A stretch of DNA of 64,000 nucleotides from an uncultured Candidatus Saccharibacteria bacterium (GCA_964402895.1 CAYODR010000002.1:41666-105665); one strand, 5' to 3'. Positions 19,921 to 28,153 are shown, counted from the first letter of the stretch. Program-made: numbers and translations. The notes: generated from the letters alone by a model not told the origin.

Positions 19921-20358
19921 ATGGAATACATCCGCAACAAAAAGGCTTCTTTTGATTATTCTTTTGAAAAAACAATTGAAGCTGGTATAGAACTCTTGGG
20001 TACAGAGGTCAAATCTGTTAAAAATAAGCACGGCGGTCTAAATGGTGCTTATATACAAGTCTTTGGCGGAGAAGTGTTTTTAATGGGCGCTCATATCCCA
20101 GCATTTCAAGAAAAAAATGCACCGTTAGGATTTGACCCTTATAGAAACAAAAAGCTATTATTAAAGAAAAAAGAGATTGAGGAAATATTAAAAGCCCTCT
20201 CAACCAAGGGCTTGACTGTAATCCCTATTTCATTGTATAATAAAGGGAGTATCATTAAGATACAAATAGCCATAGCTAAAGGTAAGAAGAACTTTGATAA
20301 AAGAGAAACTATCAAAGCGCGAGATATCGAAAGAGATTTAGCGCGAGAACTTTCCTAA
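19921..20358 (+). CDS. smpB: SsrA-binding protein SmpB
   Basis: 145 aa; ...FDYSFEKTIEAGIELLGTEVKS... SmpB fold; immediately upstream of tmRNA. Confidence 0.9.
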   Translation: MEYIRNKKASFDYSFEKTIEAGIELLGTEVKSVKNKHGGLNGAYIQVFGGEVFLMGAHIPAFQEKNAPLGFDPYRNKKLLLKKKEIEEILKALSTKGLTVIPISLYNKGSIIKIQIAIAKGKKNFDKRETIKARDIERDLARELS

Positions 20359-20360
20359 AT

Positions 20361-20735
20361 GGGGATGACAGGTTTCGATATATAAATGCTTTAAATATAT
20401 GCATACCGAGCATGAATAAACTCGTTAAATTTATTCAAAACGATTAACTGGCAACAGTATCGCAAAAGTAAAGTCACCTTTTAGTGGCTTTGCTCCGGCA
20501 TTCGCTTAAATAAGCCAATCTGGTGTCGTACGAAGTGAAACTTGATAACTTCATTACGGCAAAATTCATCAAGTTATAGTTTTATACTGTCTTGATATAA
20601 AACTGAAAATAAAAGACTCGAAGAAATATCATTTTGTAAGGTTTATAGATTTTCTTTTAAAAAACAAAACCATACTAAGTATGTAGATTATATTTAATGC
20701 CTTATATACACGGGGTTTCGATACCCCCATCTCCA
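20361..20735 (+). ncRNA. ssrA: transfer-messenger RNA (tmRNA, ssrA)
   Basis: 5' GGGGATGACAGGTTTCGA pairs with 3' ...CATCTCC+A (tRNA-like acceptor); T-arm GGGGTTTCGATACCCCC; internal tag ORF ...AKVKSPFSGFAPAFA-TAA; directly after smpB. Confidence 0.8.
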
Positions 20736-20742
20736 CAAAAAA

Positions 20743-20770
20743 AGCCAGCCCCTTTCGGGGGCTAGTTTTA
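20743..20770 (+). terminator. rho-independent terminator after ssrA
   Basis: gccagcccctttcgggggctag + TTTTATTT. Confidence 0.7.
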
Positions 20771-20918
20771 TTTGTGGAGACGGAATAAGCAAATTTATTT
20801 GCTTATGTGGGTATCGAAATGTCGGAGCTATATTGAGCTTGCGAAATAAGCGAGACGGGCTCGAGAATACTTATCAGAATTTGAGCTTGCGAAAAATTAT
20901 GATTAGTAATTCGTGAGG

Positions 20919-20938
20919 CGATACCCCCATCTCCACAA
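20919..20938 (+). repeat. exact 20-nt duplicate of tmRNA 3' end (cgatacccccatctccacaa), 200 bp downstream of the original
   Basis: Identical to 20719..20738; third partial copy atctccacaata at 21446..21457. Confidence 0.8.
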
Positions 20939-20990
20939 TACAAAATCCCGAAAGGGTTTTTTTGGTGTATGCGTATATTACCAGTATCTA

Positions 20991-21019
20991 TTGACTTTTT
21001 AATAAAGATATATTATAGT
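20991..21019 (+). promoter_or_regulatory. sigma70-like promoter (TTGACT-17-TATAGT) preceded by terminator 20943..20968
   Basis: ttgactttttaataaagatatattatagt upstream of ORF 21063. Confidence 0.5.
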
Positions 21020-21062
21020 ATTAAAAAATTTTCTAACTCAAATTAATAAAAAAATATAGACC

Positions 21063-21434
21063 ATGGTAGAAATAAAAAAGTTTAGACAATTTTTCTTTAG
21101 CTTAGGAGAACTTTGTCAACAAATTAGGTCAGTAGAAAGACCTGAAGATATATCTGATTACACAAAGATAAATATTATTCCAGATGTATTATTGGAAAGA
21201 TTTCCAGAAGTGGTAGCAAGTTTTTATATGTCAATGCATCGAACGCAGGCAGAGAGTATCAAATGCTTTTTGATGAAAGATGGATCAGTTGTAGTTGAAT
21301 TTTATGATTCAAATTATAAAATTGAGAATATGGTGAATTACAAAACCATCACAGAGGTCCGACGAAACCAAATTTCAATTATCCATCATCTTTCAAAAAT
21401 ATCGACAAGAATGGATTTCAATTTATTTTTTTAA
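21063..21434 (+). CDS. hypothetical protein (cassette ORF 1 downstream of tmRNA)
   Basis: 123 aa; no family recognised; flanked by tmRNA-end repeats. Confidence 0.45.
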   Translation: MVEIKKFRQFFFSLGELCQQIRSVERPEDISDYTKINIIPDVLLERFPEVVASFYMSMHRTQAESIKCFLMKDGSVVVEFYDSNYKIENMVNYKTITEVRRNQISIIHHLSKISTRMDFNLFF

Positions 21435-21483
21435 GAAAAAAAATTATCTCCACAATAAAAAAGTCCCGAAAGGGATTTTTTGT

Positions 21484-21511
21484 TTGACTTTTTATATTTT
21501 ATATATAGAAT
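21484..21511 (+). promoter_or_regulatory. sigma70-like promoter (TTGACT-16-TAGAAT) preceded by terminator 21459..21480
   Basis: Second copy of the repeat-terminator-promoter module. Confidence 0.45.
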
Positions 21512-21536
21512 AAAATCAGAACTAAAAAATAAAGAT

Positions 21537-21839
21537 ATGGCTAATCAAAAATCTAGAAATCAATCTAACTTGATTGACGAAAGCTGGTTGGGATTAAAAA
21601 ATTTCAACAAAGCATCAGGACTAACCCACCGAGAAGCATTGGATAAGGGTATAGATTACCTCGCAAGAAATAAAGATCTAATAGGTATTGTTGTTACCTA
21701 TAAAGGAGAATATTCCTTTCGACTAATCAACCTGAGTCGTTTTAGGCTTCCGCCTAATCACCCGCAACTTTGTTGCAACATAACCTACAAAAGAAGTGGC
21801 CAAGAATTTTGTAAGTTCTTGGGCATAAATGCTGTATAG
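21537..21839 (+). CDS. hypothetical protein (cassette ORF 2)
   Basis: Start trimmed to ATG 21537 (MANQKSRNQ...) downstream of the promoter; 100 aa. Confidence 0.4.
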   Translation: MANQKSRNQSNLIDESWLGLKNFNKASGLTHREALDKGIDYLARNKDLIGIVVTYKGEYSFRLINLSRFRLPPNHPQLCCNITYKRSGQEFCKFLGINAV

Positions 21840-21851
21840 CATCGCAAGAGA

Positions 21852-21880
21852 TTTTTAAAACCCCGCCTTAAAAAGCGGGG
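21852..21880. terminator. bidirectional terminator
   Basis: aaaaccccgccttaaaaagcggggtttg. Confidence 0.6.
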
Positions 21881-21885
21881 TTTGT

Positions 21886-22650
21886 TTATTTTTTTATATC
21901 CACCCTCTTTATTCTATAAGCCAGCGCGGGTACTCTTAATTTTTCACCTATGTATTCAGCTAATGATCTCATATAAGTACCGCTAGAAACTTCAGCTTCA
22001 AAACTAACAATTATGACTTCTTGATCTTTGTTTTTCACTAAAAACTTTCTCCAGCCATTAGCAATCTCATCTTGCCGAAAATCGCCCTCTACACTTTCTA
22101 TGATAGGCAGTGTCTCATATACACAATCACTTACTTTTTTTCTTTCTATACCCAAGAGTTTAATATCTCTGATATATACATTCTTTACTGGTACATCTAC
22201 AATATTTCCTTCCCGTGCATGCATAAAAAGAGGTTTTCCTTCTACCGGCCTTGAAGAGTACATTGGATAAGAAAGCTCTCTAATATAAGAAATAGATTCT
22301 ACCGCCTGCCTTACAACTTCATCAGTATAGAAAGACACCCCCGCACTTGAAGTCACCAGCCCAAGCATATCAAGCGTATCAGTTTTTACCCCCAACAAGA
22401 CTTGTACTTCATAAGTCTTGTCTTTATTTGAATATTTCTCTTTCTTAAAACGAGCCATACCCTCAAGGATTGGAACTATTCCTGAGGCCATTGGGTCAAG
22501 TCTCCCGGCATAAGTGAGTTTAGATTTCTCTGATAATCCATACTCCTTTTTAAATCTTTCAAGCATAATAGCCAAAGTCTCACCTTCTTTTTTCCAAAAG
22601 TAATAAATTCCTTGACTATTTAACTTATTTTGTGTATTATCTAAAGACAT
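21886..22650 (-). CDS. truB: tRNA pseudouridine synthase (TruB-like)
   Basis: AGRLDPMASG catalytic-Asp motif region; 254 aa. Confidence 0.65.
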   Translation of the reverse strand: MSLDNTQNKLNSQGIYYFWKKEGETLAIMLERFKKEYGLSEKSKLTYAGRLDPMASGIVPILEGMARFKKEKYSNKDKTYEVQVLLGVKTDTLDMLGLVTSSAGVSFYTDEVVRQAVESISYIRELSYPMYSSRPVEGKPLFMHAREGNIVDVPVKNVYIRDIKLLGIERKKVSDCVYETLPIIESVEGDFRQDEIANGWRKFLVKNKDQEVIIVSFEAEVSSGTYMRSLAEYIGEKLRVPALAYRIKRVDIKK

Positions 22651-22669
22651 TTATTGTACTACTATAGCT

Positions 22670-23185
22670 TTGAAAGAGAAAATCAACAAGCAAATAAGAG
22701 CAACGGAACTCCGCGTTATAGACGAATCAGGAGACAACAGAGGAGTGATGACACTTTCTGAAGCTCTTAACCTTGCTGAGGAAATGGGTGTAGACTTGAT
22801 TGAAGTAAATTCAAAGACAAATCCCCCACTCGTGAAGCTTATGGAGTATGGTAAGTACCAATACGAACAAAAGAAAAAGGCTCAAAAAGCAAGAACAAGC
22901 TCAAAAACCACAGAGACCAAGTCTATTCAGATCAAAATAGGTACAGGCGACCATGACCTTGAATTAAAGGCAAAAACCGCCTCAAAATGGCTCAGAGAGG
23001 GTCACCGTATAAAAGTTGAGCTTTTCCTAAGAGGTCGTTCAAAAGGTATGGAAGAAGCATTCCTTAGAGAAAGACTAGACAGGGTCTTGCATTTTATCAC
23101 AGAACACTATAAGATTGCAGAGTCCCACAAGCGTTCACCAAAAGGACTCAGTATTGTCATTGAAAAAGACAAAAACGCAAAATAG
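22670..23185 (+). CDS. infC: translation initiation factor IF-3 (TTG start)
   Basis: 171 aa; IRATELRVIDESG...; infC-rpmI-rplT operon; non-AUG start typical for infC autoregulation. Confidence 0.85.
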   Translation: MKEKINKQIRATELRVIDESGDNRGVMTLSEALNLAEEMGVDLIEVNSKTNPPLVKLMEYGKYQYEQKKKAQKARTSSKTTETKSIQIKIGTGDHDLELKAKTASKWLREGHRIKVELFLRGRSKGMEEAFLRERLDRVLHFITEHYKIAESHKRSPKGLSIVIEKDKNAK

Positions 23186-23211
23186 AACGCAAATAACTTT
23201 TTAAATAGCTT

Positions 23212-23403
23212 ATGGCAACAAAAACCAACAAATCATATACAAAACGCCTTAAAATGACTAAAACAGGCAAATTGATTGCACGTAAGCCAGGTTTCAACCA
23301 CTTCAACGCAAAGCAATCTCGTACACACCAATTAAATGGTAAGAAAGGTCAAGAAATCAACCTCTCTCCAAAAGAAAAGGGTATGTTTATTCCACATAAT
23401 TAG
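23212..23403 (+). CDS. rpmI: 50S ribosomal protein L35
   Basis: 63 aa basic protein; operon position. Confidence 0.85.
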   Translation: MATKTNKSYTKRLKMTKTGKLIARKPGFNHFNAKQSRTHQLNGKKGQEINLSPKEKGMFIPHN

Positions 23404-23412
23404 TATAAAAAT

Positions 23413-23760
23413 ATGACAAGAGTAAAAAGAGGAACAACCGCAAATAAACGCAGAAAAAATATTTTATCCCAAGTAAAAGGATATAGATTTGGACGCAGCA
23501 CAAAAGAAAAGATGGCAAAAGAAGCTATTGCTCATGCTGGATCTTATGCTTTTGCACACCGTCGCGACAAAAAGAGTGATAAGCGTCGCCTATGGCAAAC
23601 TCAAATCAATGCCGCAGTTCGTAGTTTAGGTCTTACATACTCAGTTTTCATTGATAAACTAAAGAAATCAAGTGTGGAAGTAGATAGAAAAATCCTTTCT
23701 ACTCTCTCAAGAGAAAACCCTGAGACATTTAAAAAGATTGTTGAAACTGTAAACAAATAA
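23413..23760 (+). CDS. rplT: 50S ribosomal protein L20
   Basis: MTRVKRGTTANKRRKNIL... ; 115 aa. Confidence 0.9.
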   Translation: MTRVKRGTTANKRRKNILSQVKGYRFGRSTKEKMAKEAIAHAGSYAFAHRRDKKSDKRRLWQTQINAAVRSLGLTYSVFIDKLKKSSVEVDRKILSTLSRENPETFKKIVETVNK

Positions 23761-23764
23761 TTAA

Positions 23765-23800
23765 AGCCGGAGACATAGTCTCCGGCTTTAATTATAAAAA
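23765..23800 (+). terminator. rho-independent terminator after rplT
   Basis: aaagccggagacatagtctccggcttta. Confidence 0.7.
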
Positions 23801-23971
23801 GCGCTGAAGTCTACTGACTCCAACGCTTTTTGTGAATGCTTGCTAAGGGGAAAGATTAAATTCCTAATTTAAATCCTTACCTCAGTTAAACTGAGGATTT
23901 TTCTGACTTTTTTTAACCATAGGCAATATTATATTTGGTTTAAGTAAACTATAGCACATATCTGAAAATAA

Positions 23972-24511
23972 TTAACTATTTTTAATTTTCTTAAGCAAAT
24001 TAAAGCTATTAGCATGAATACAATGCCCTAGATAAGAACTTACCTTAGGAATATCTTTGATTTGGATAAAACCATCTTTTTTATTCAAAATTTCATTATA
24101 AAAACTTTTAATATCCATTTTTAAATAAAAAAGTCTTTGCCTATTTACACCCCCGCGAGTAATAAAAAATCGCGCCCTCTTAAAAGCACGGTGTGTCCCC
24201 CTACCAATCCTATTGGCAAAAGAGCTATCCAAAAATTGTTTCTCAAAAATCTCTTCTATTTCATTACACAAAAGATGTTGAACTATCCTGTCCCTAAAAT
24301 CACTAGCAAAAACTTCCCTTGGTGCAGGATTTTTTACTACAAAACATATATGTCTAGATATTTTGTATTCCCCACTCTTTAATTCATTCAACAATTCTAA
24401 CAAATTAGCCTCACGATTTAATTCAAATTTTAAAGCATTTGTAGTATTTTTTTTATTTCTTATACATTGCTTATAAGCCATGTATAAATTTTTCATTGTA
24501 AAAATCGTCAT
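23972..24511 (-). CDS. DGR-type reverse transcriptase, C-terminally truncated (domains 1-3 only, no YxDD)
   Basis: 179 aa; NPAPREVFASDFRDRIVQHLLCNEIEEIFEKQFLDSSFANRIGRGTHRAFKRA matches the conserved DGR RT N-terminal block (FRDRVVHHALCN..E.IFE..F...SYA.R.GKGTH.AL.R); motif 3 YLKMDIKSFYNEI; ORF ends ~50 aa later. Confidence 0.75.
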   Translation of the reverse strand: MTIFTMKNLYMAYKQCIRNKKNTTNALKFELNREANLLELLNELKSGEYKISRHICFVVKNPAPREVFASDFRDRIVQHLLCNEIEEIFEKQFLDSSFANRIGRGTHRAFKRARFFITRGGVNRQRLFYLKMDIKSFYNEILNKKDGFIQIKDIPKVSSYLGHCIHANSFNLLKKIKNS

Positions 24512-24546
24512 ATAATAAATATATTAGACCAAGCAAAAAAAGAATA

Positions 24547-25338
24547 CTAGGCGGCACAGCGGACATACCTCCCATTAGTAACGCTATGCCTATTCACACT
24601 ACCATTATTGAAATTCTGGGGGTAAGCATAGGAACTAGAAGAAGAAGTAGAAGACCAGTAAGCGCCCGAAACAAAGGAAAGGTTCCCACTTTGTGCTCCA
24701 TAGTCATTGATAGCTTTTAGGATTTCAACAGATGGAAGTCTTTTACCAAGTGAAGCACAGGTATTGTTGGCATTAGCCCAATTTAAAAGTGTGGTACTAT
24801 CATTTATATCATTTGCATCTAATGTGATAACTCCTGTTGTGTCTACTCCGTAGTGTCTATTGTTGTAGTATACTGCCACACCGAAGTTTCTAGTCTCTAG
24901 GGAGTCTTCTGGGACATAGTGAGTATTTAATGTGGTATCTGGAACATTTGAAGTTCTAACAACACATCTGATATTTCCTGCTCCTGCAATACTTACGAGT
25001 GCATCTATCATGGGCTGTATTGATGAGTGTGGTGATATACCTGTTTTGTTGTATGCACAAAGTCCTGCAAATGTACCATTGTCTAGGTGGTATAGTTGTG
25101 CTTGAGTTTGAAGATTCTTTAGATTTGATTTGATTGAAGCTACTCTACCACTTGTGCGAGCTGAGTTTAGTGATGCGATAACTACACCTGCGAGGATTCC
25201 GATGATTGCAATCACTACTAAAAGTTCAATGAGCGTGAAGGCTTTATTTTTATTATTAAAAATTTTTAGCGCAGAGAAACTCTTTTTAGAATAGCGCCCC
25301 TTCATTTGTATTTTTGGATGAAAGGTTAATTTTTTCAT
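24547..25338 (-). CDS. type IV pilin-like protein with C-terminal FGE/C-type-lectin-fold domain carrying a DGR variable-region scaffold
   Basis: Start at MKKLTFHPK (25338). Prepilin N-terminus NNKNKAFTLIELLVVIAIIGILAGVVIASLNSA. C-terminal C..LGKRLPSVEIL...GAYWSSTSSSSSYAYPQNFNNGSVNRHSVTNGRYVRCAA ends the ORF. Stop is 35 nt upstream of the DGR RT ORF. Confidence 0.75.
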   Translation of the reverse strand: MKKLTFHPKIQMKGRYSKKSFSALKIFNNKNKAFTLIELLVVIAIIGILAGVVIASLNSARTSGRVASIKSNLKNLQTQAQLYHLDNGTFAGLCAYNKTGISPHSSIQPMIDALVSIAGAGNIRCVVRTSNVPDTTLNTHYVPEDSLETRNFGVAVYYNNRHYGVDTTGVITLDANDINDSTTLLNWANANNTCASLGKRLPSVEILKAINDYGAQSGNLSFVSGAYWSSTSSSSSYAYPQNFNNGSVNRHSVTNGRYVRCAA

Positions 25339-25549
25339 GTTTTTATTATAACATAGATATTTTATAAAAAGTACAATATACTTACCTTGATAAAAACAAC
25401 AAAATTCCAGTATTAGGTTTATTTTTTCCATAATCCTATCATTTTAGCTATTTAATCCTATCATAATGATAGGATTAGTAAAAAAATTTTAAGCTTTATA
25501 TTTATTAAATAAACTTGCATATGATAATATCATATGATAATATCATACT

Positions 25550-25759
25550 ATGACCACACTTTCAGTCCCCCTTACAGCAGAATTAGCTAATCATGTAGAA
25601 AAGTTAGTAGAACTTGGTTATGGCTCAAATAAAGCTGATGCTGTCCGCAAAGCAATACAGGCTGCAGCTGAAGATCAGGCTGTCCAGGCAATACTAAAAG
25701 CTGCGAAAGAAACTCCACTTAGAGGGAATATTCGTGATTTAGCAAATAAAATAATTTAG
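25550..25759 (+). CDS. type II antitoxin (ParD-like RHH)
   Basis: 69 aa; LTAELANHVEKLVELGYGSNKADAVRKAIQ resembles ParD; 2 nt before toxin gene; upstream 24-bp palindrome taatcctatcataatgataggatta and 13-nt direct repeat. Confidence 0.55.
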   Translation: MTTLSVPLTAELANHVEKLVELGYGSNKADAVRKAIQAAAEDQAVQAILKAAKETPLRGNIRDLANKII

Positions 25760-25760
25760 A

Positions 25761-26033
25761 ATGAAATCTATTATTTATGAGATAGAATATACACCTAGTT
25801 TTCTTAGAACATTTAAAAGACTTAACCCTCGTCTCCAAGAGGAAATAGAGGATACTTTAGAAAAACTTAAATATTCAACTAACCATGAAAAATTAAAAGT
25901 TTATAAACTAAATGGTAGATTAAAAAGTTTCTATAGTTGTTCAGTAAATTATAAATATAGAATTATTTTTGAATTTAAAAAAAATAAAATTCTACTTATT
26001 ATAAATTCTGGTGATCATAGTATATATAACTAG
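25761..26033 (+). CDS. type II toxin, RelE/ParE family
   Basis: 90 aa; ...KLNGRLKSFYSCSVNYKYRIIFEF... conserved RelE/ParE core. Confidence 0.7.
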   Translation: MKSIIYEIEYTPSFLRTFKRLNPRLQEEIEDTLEKLKYSTNHEKLKVYKLNGRLKSFYSCSVNYKYRIIFEFKKNKILLIINSGDHSIYN

Positions 26034-26035
26034 AA

Positions 26036-27145
26036 TTATAATTTAGTTTTCAAAGAAACTATCTTTTCGTATGTTTGATTTATCCTATCTATAGATATTT
26101 CTCCATTTTGAACTGCATCATATATCATTTTTCTAGCTTCAAAGTATGAATCTGGATTGTACTCCGAAATATTATTTGAAAGTACGATTATATCTACTCC
26201 GGCATTGATAGCAAGTACTAATGCATTTTTTCTGCCGAAATTATCAGTGATAGCTTTCATATCCATATCATCACTTATTACAAGTACATCATCACAGCCA
26301 ATATTTTTAAGTACATCTAGATGTTTTTTAGAAAGAGTTGCTGGATAAACATCATCTACCTTACGATTAAATACATGTCCTACCATGATAGCTGAAAGCC
26401 CTGCCTTACAAGCTCTTTCAAATGGAACAAGCTCGTACTGCTTATAAGTATTCGTAATATCTGTAAAACCTTTATGGCTATCGGATAGCGCGCTCCCATG
26501 CCCAGGAAAATGTTTACCGACTGGCATAATGCCAGCATCAGAAAGCCCGTTTGCAAAATTTATTCCTTTTATAGATACAACACTTTGAAGGTGTGAAAAT
26601 GCGCGCCCTACAGCTCCGATAGCAGGACTTTTAGGATTTACTCTTACATCTAAACTTGGAGCAAAATTCATATTAAATCCTAAATATTTTAAGGTGGTGC
26701 CTAAATTATAAGCTATATTTTTTACAGCTAAATCCGTAAAAGATCCGAGTACAAAAGCTGAGGGCGTTGTGTAGTATCCTGGAATAGTTTTTAATCTACT
26801 CACACGCCCGCCCTCTTCATCTATACTAATGAATGGCTTGGTCTTAGATAGGGAAATTATATCTGCATTTAACTTTCTTACTTGTTCATAGTCTTTGATA
26901 TTGCGAATGTACTTTTTAGTTGGAGTATCATAATCAAAAAGTATTACTCCTCCAAGATTTGTTTCTGTGAGTGCGCGTTTTAAATCAGGAGCACTATCAA
27001 TATCAAAACCTCGAAATCCAACAATAAACATCTGGTCTATCCTATCTTGAATAGAGACTTCGCTTGAAGCAAATGAAACACTAAAATGAAAACTAAATAC
27101 AAATAAAGAAACAAGTAGTGACTTAATAAAATTCATACCTTTCAT
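26036..27145 (-). CDS. glycoside hydrolase family 3 (NagZ-like beta-N-acetylhexosaminidase), secreted
   Basis: Signal peptide; GVILFDYD, KHFPGHGSALSDSH catalytic region of GH3 N-terminal domain. Confidence 0.8.
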   Translation of the reverse strand: MKGMNFIKSLLVSLFVFSFHFSVSFASSEVSIQDRIDQMFIVGFRGFDIDSAPDLKRALTETNLGGVILFDYDTPTKKYIRNIKDYEQVRKLNADIISLSKTKPFISIDEEGGRVSRLKTIPGYYTTPSAFVLGSFTDLAVKNIAYNLGTTLKYLGFNMNFAPSLDVRVNPKSPAIGAVGRAFSHLQSVVSIKGINFANGLSDAGIMPVGKHFPGHGSALSDSHKGFTDITNTYKQYELVPFERACKAGLSAIMVGHVFNRKVDDVYPATLSKKHLDVLKNIGCDDVLVISDDMDMKAITDNFGRKNALVLAINAGVDIIVLSNNISEYNPDSYFEARKMIYDAVQNGEISIDRINQTYEKIVSLKTKL

Positions 27146-27158
27146 TATAGTATGAATC

Positions 27159-27779
27159 TTACTTAATCTCCAAAACTTTCTTTCTTAGAGAAGATTTTAT
27201 CTCTTCAAAACTTATCTGCATTTGATTTTTATAAATAATCTCTTCCTTTTCTATATCATCAAAATATACTAACGACTTTAAGATAAGATTAGTATCAAGA
27301 GTAGGTAGTTTTTCTTTTGAATACTTTAAAACATCTGAAAGAGTAAAATCTTTCAAAATAAAATACATATCTACATAATCCTTCATCGCACTACGACTAG
27401 AGATGGCGGAGCATTTCATACAAGCAATATCTAAAATAGAAGCCATTTTAAAATAATCTGTGTTAACAAATGGCTTAATCATCTTGTATTTATAAGACAT
27501 AAAACTTATTTTAATCTCATTGTCTACAATAATTCCTAAAGTATTTTTTTCTTCTTGTACCTTTACTATTCTATCTAACCCAAAAAGTTCTGATATATGA
27601 TCAAACAATTTTTCAGTATCTATGTCTACTTCAGTAAAAAAATCAAAATCAATACTATCTCTATGTCCTATCTGTAAAGCCAATGCTGTGCCCCCAGCTA
27701 AATAAAAATTATATACAGTAATACCTCCAAGTATTGGCAGTATATCTTTTCTCTTCTGATCTAAAATATCCCAATGCAT
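27159..27779 (-). CDS. nucleotidyltransferase AbiEii/AbiGii toxin family protein
   Basis: 206 aa; YLAGGTALALQIGHRDSIDFDFF motif typical of AbiEii (DUF1814). Confidence 0.7.
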   Translation of the reverse strand: MHWDILDQKRKDILPILGGITVYNFYLAGGTALALQIGHRDSIDFDFFTEVDIDTEKLFDHISELFGLDRIVKVQEEKNTLGIIVDNEIKISFMSYKYKMIKPFVNTDYFKMASILDIACMKCSAISSRSAMKDYVDMYFILKDFTLSDVLKYSKEKLPTLDTNLILKSLVYFDDIEKEEIIYKNQMQISFEEIKSSLRKKVLEIK

Positions 27780-27783
27780 AAAA

Positions 27784-28050
27784 TTAAAATCTACTTTTTA
27801 TTGCTGAATCAATACCGTATTTCATTGACCAGTAATTTAAAGATTTTTTATTTAATTCATAAGATTTTTTATTAAATACCTTTTTAATATCATCTTTTGA
27901 GTAGACATCTTGTAATTTATCAGTAGCCTTTTTGGTGCCCAAATTAAGCACATTTAATATAATGCGCTCTTTATCTTTCTCTAAATCCATTTTGGATATA
28001 TCATAAGACCATAAAAACGGCTTAAATTCTACTGGAACAGATCTCTTCAT
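27784..28050 (-). CDS. hypothetical protein, putative AbiEii partner (antitoxin candidate)
   Basis: 88 aa, 4 nt upstream of AbiEii gene; no clear AbiEi wHTH recognised. Confidence 0.3.
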   Translation of the reverse strand: MKRSVPVEFKPFLWSYDISKMDLEKDKERIILNVLNLGTKKATDKLQDVYSKDDIKKVFNKKSYELNKKSLNYWSMKYGIDSAIKSRF

Positions 28051-28153
28051 AATTACATTATACCATAAAATAGCTGTATTTTCTAATGAAAAACCAATTA
28101 ACCAAATGAAATTAACTAGAAATATACTTGATATTTTATGGGGTATTAAAGTG

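Noticed and set aside
23800-23971. Possible small RNA in the rplT/RT spacer (two hairpins)
   Set aside because: The hairpins are best explained as terminators for the convergent rplT and RT transcripts. No conserved ncRNA motif (SRP, 6S) was recognised.
24547-24670. Hypothesis that the 3' end of 24547..25338 is itself the DGR template repeat (it sits exactly where a TR would be, just upstream of the RT)
   Set aside because: Differences from the second VR are not confined to adenine positions of this copy. At codon 16, for example, this copy has ccc where the other has aac, so it behaves as a VR and not as a TR.
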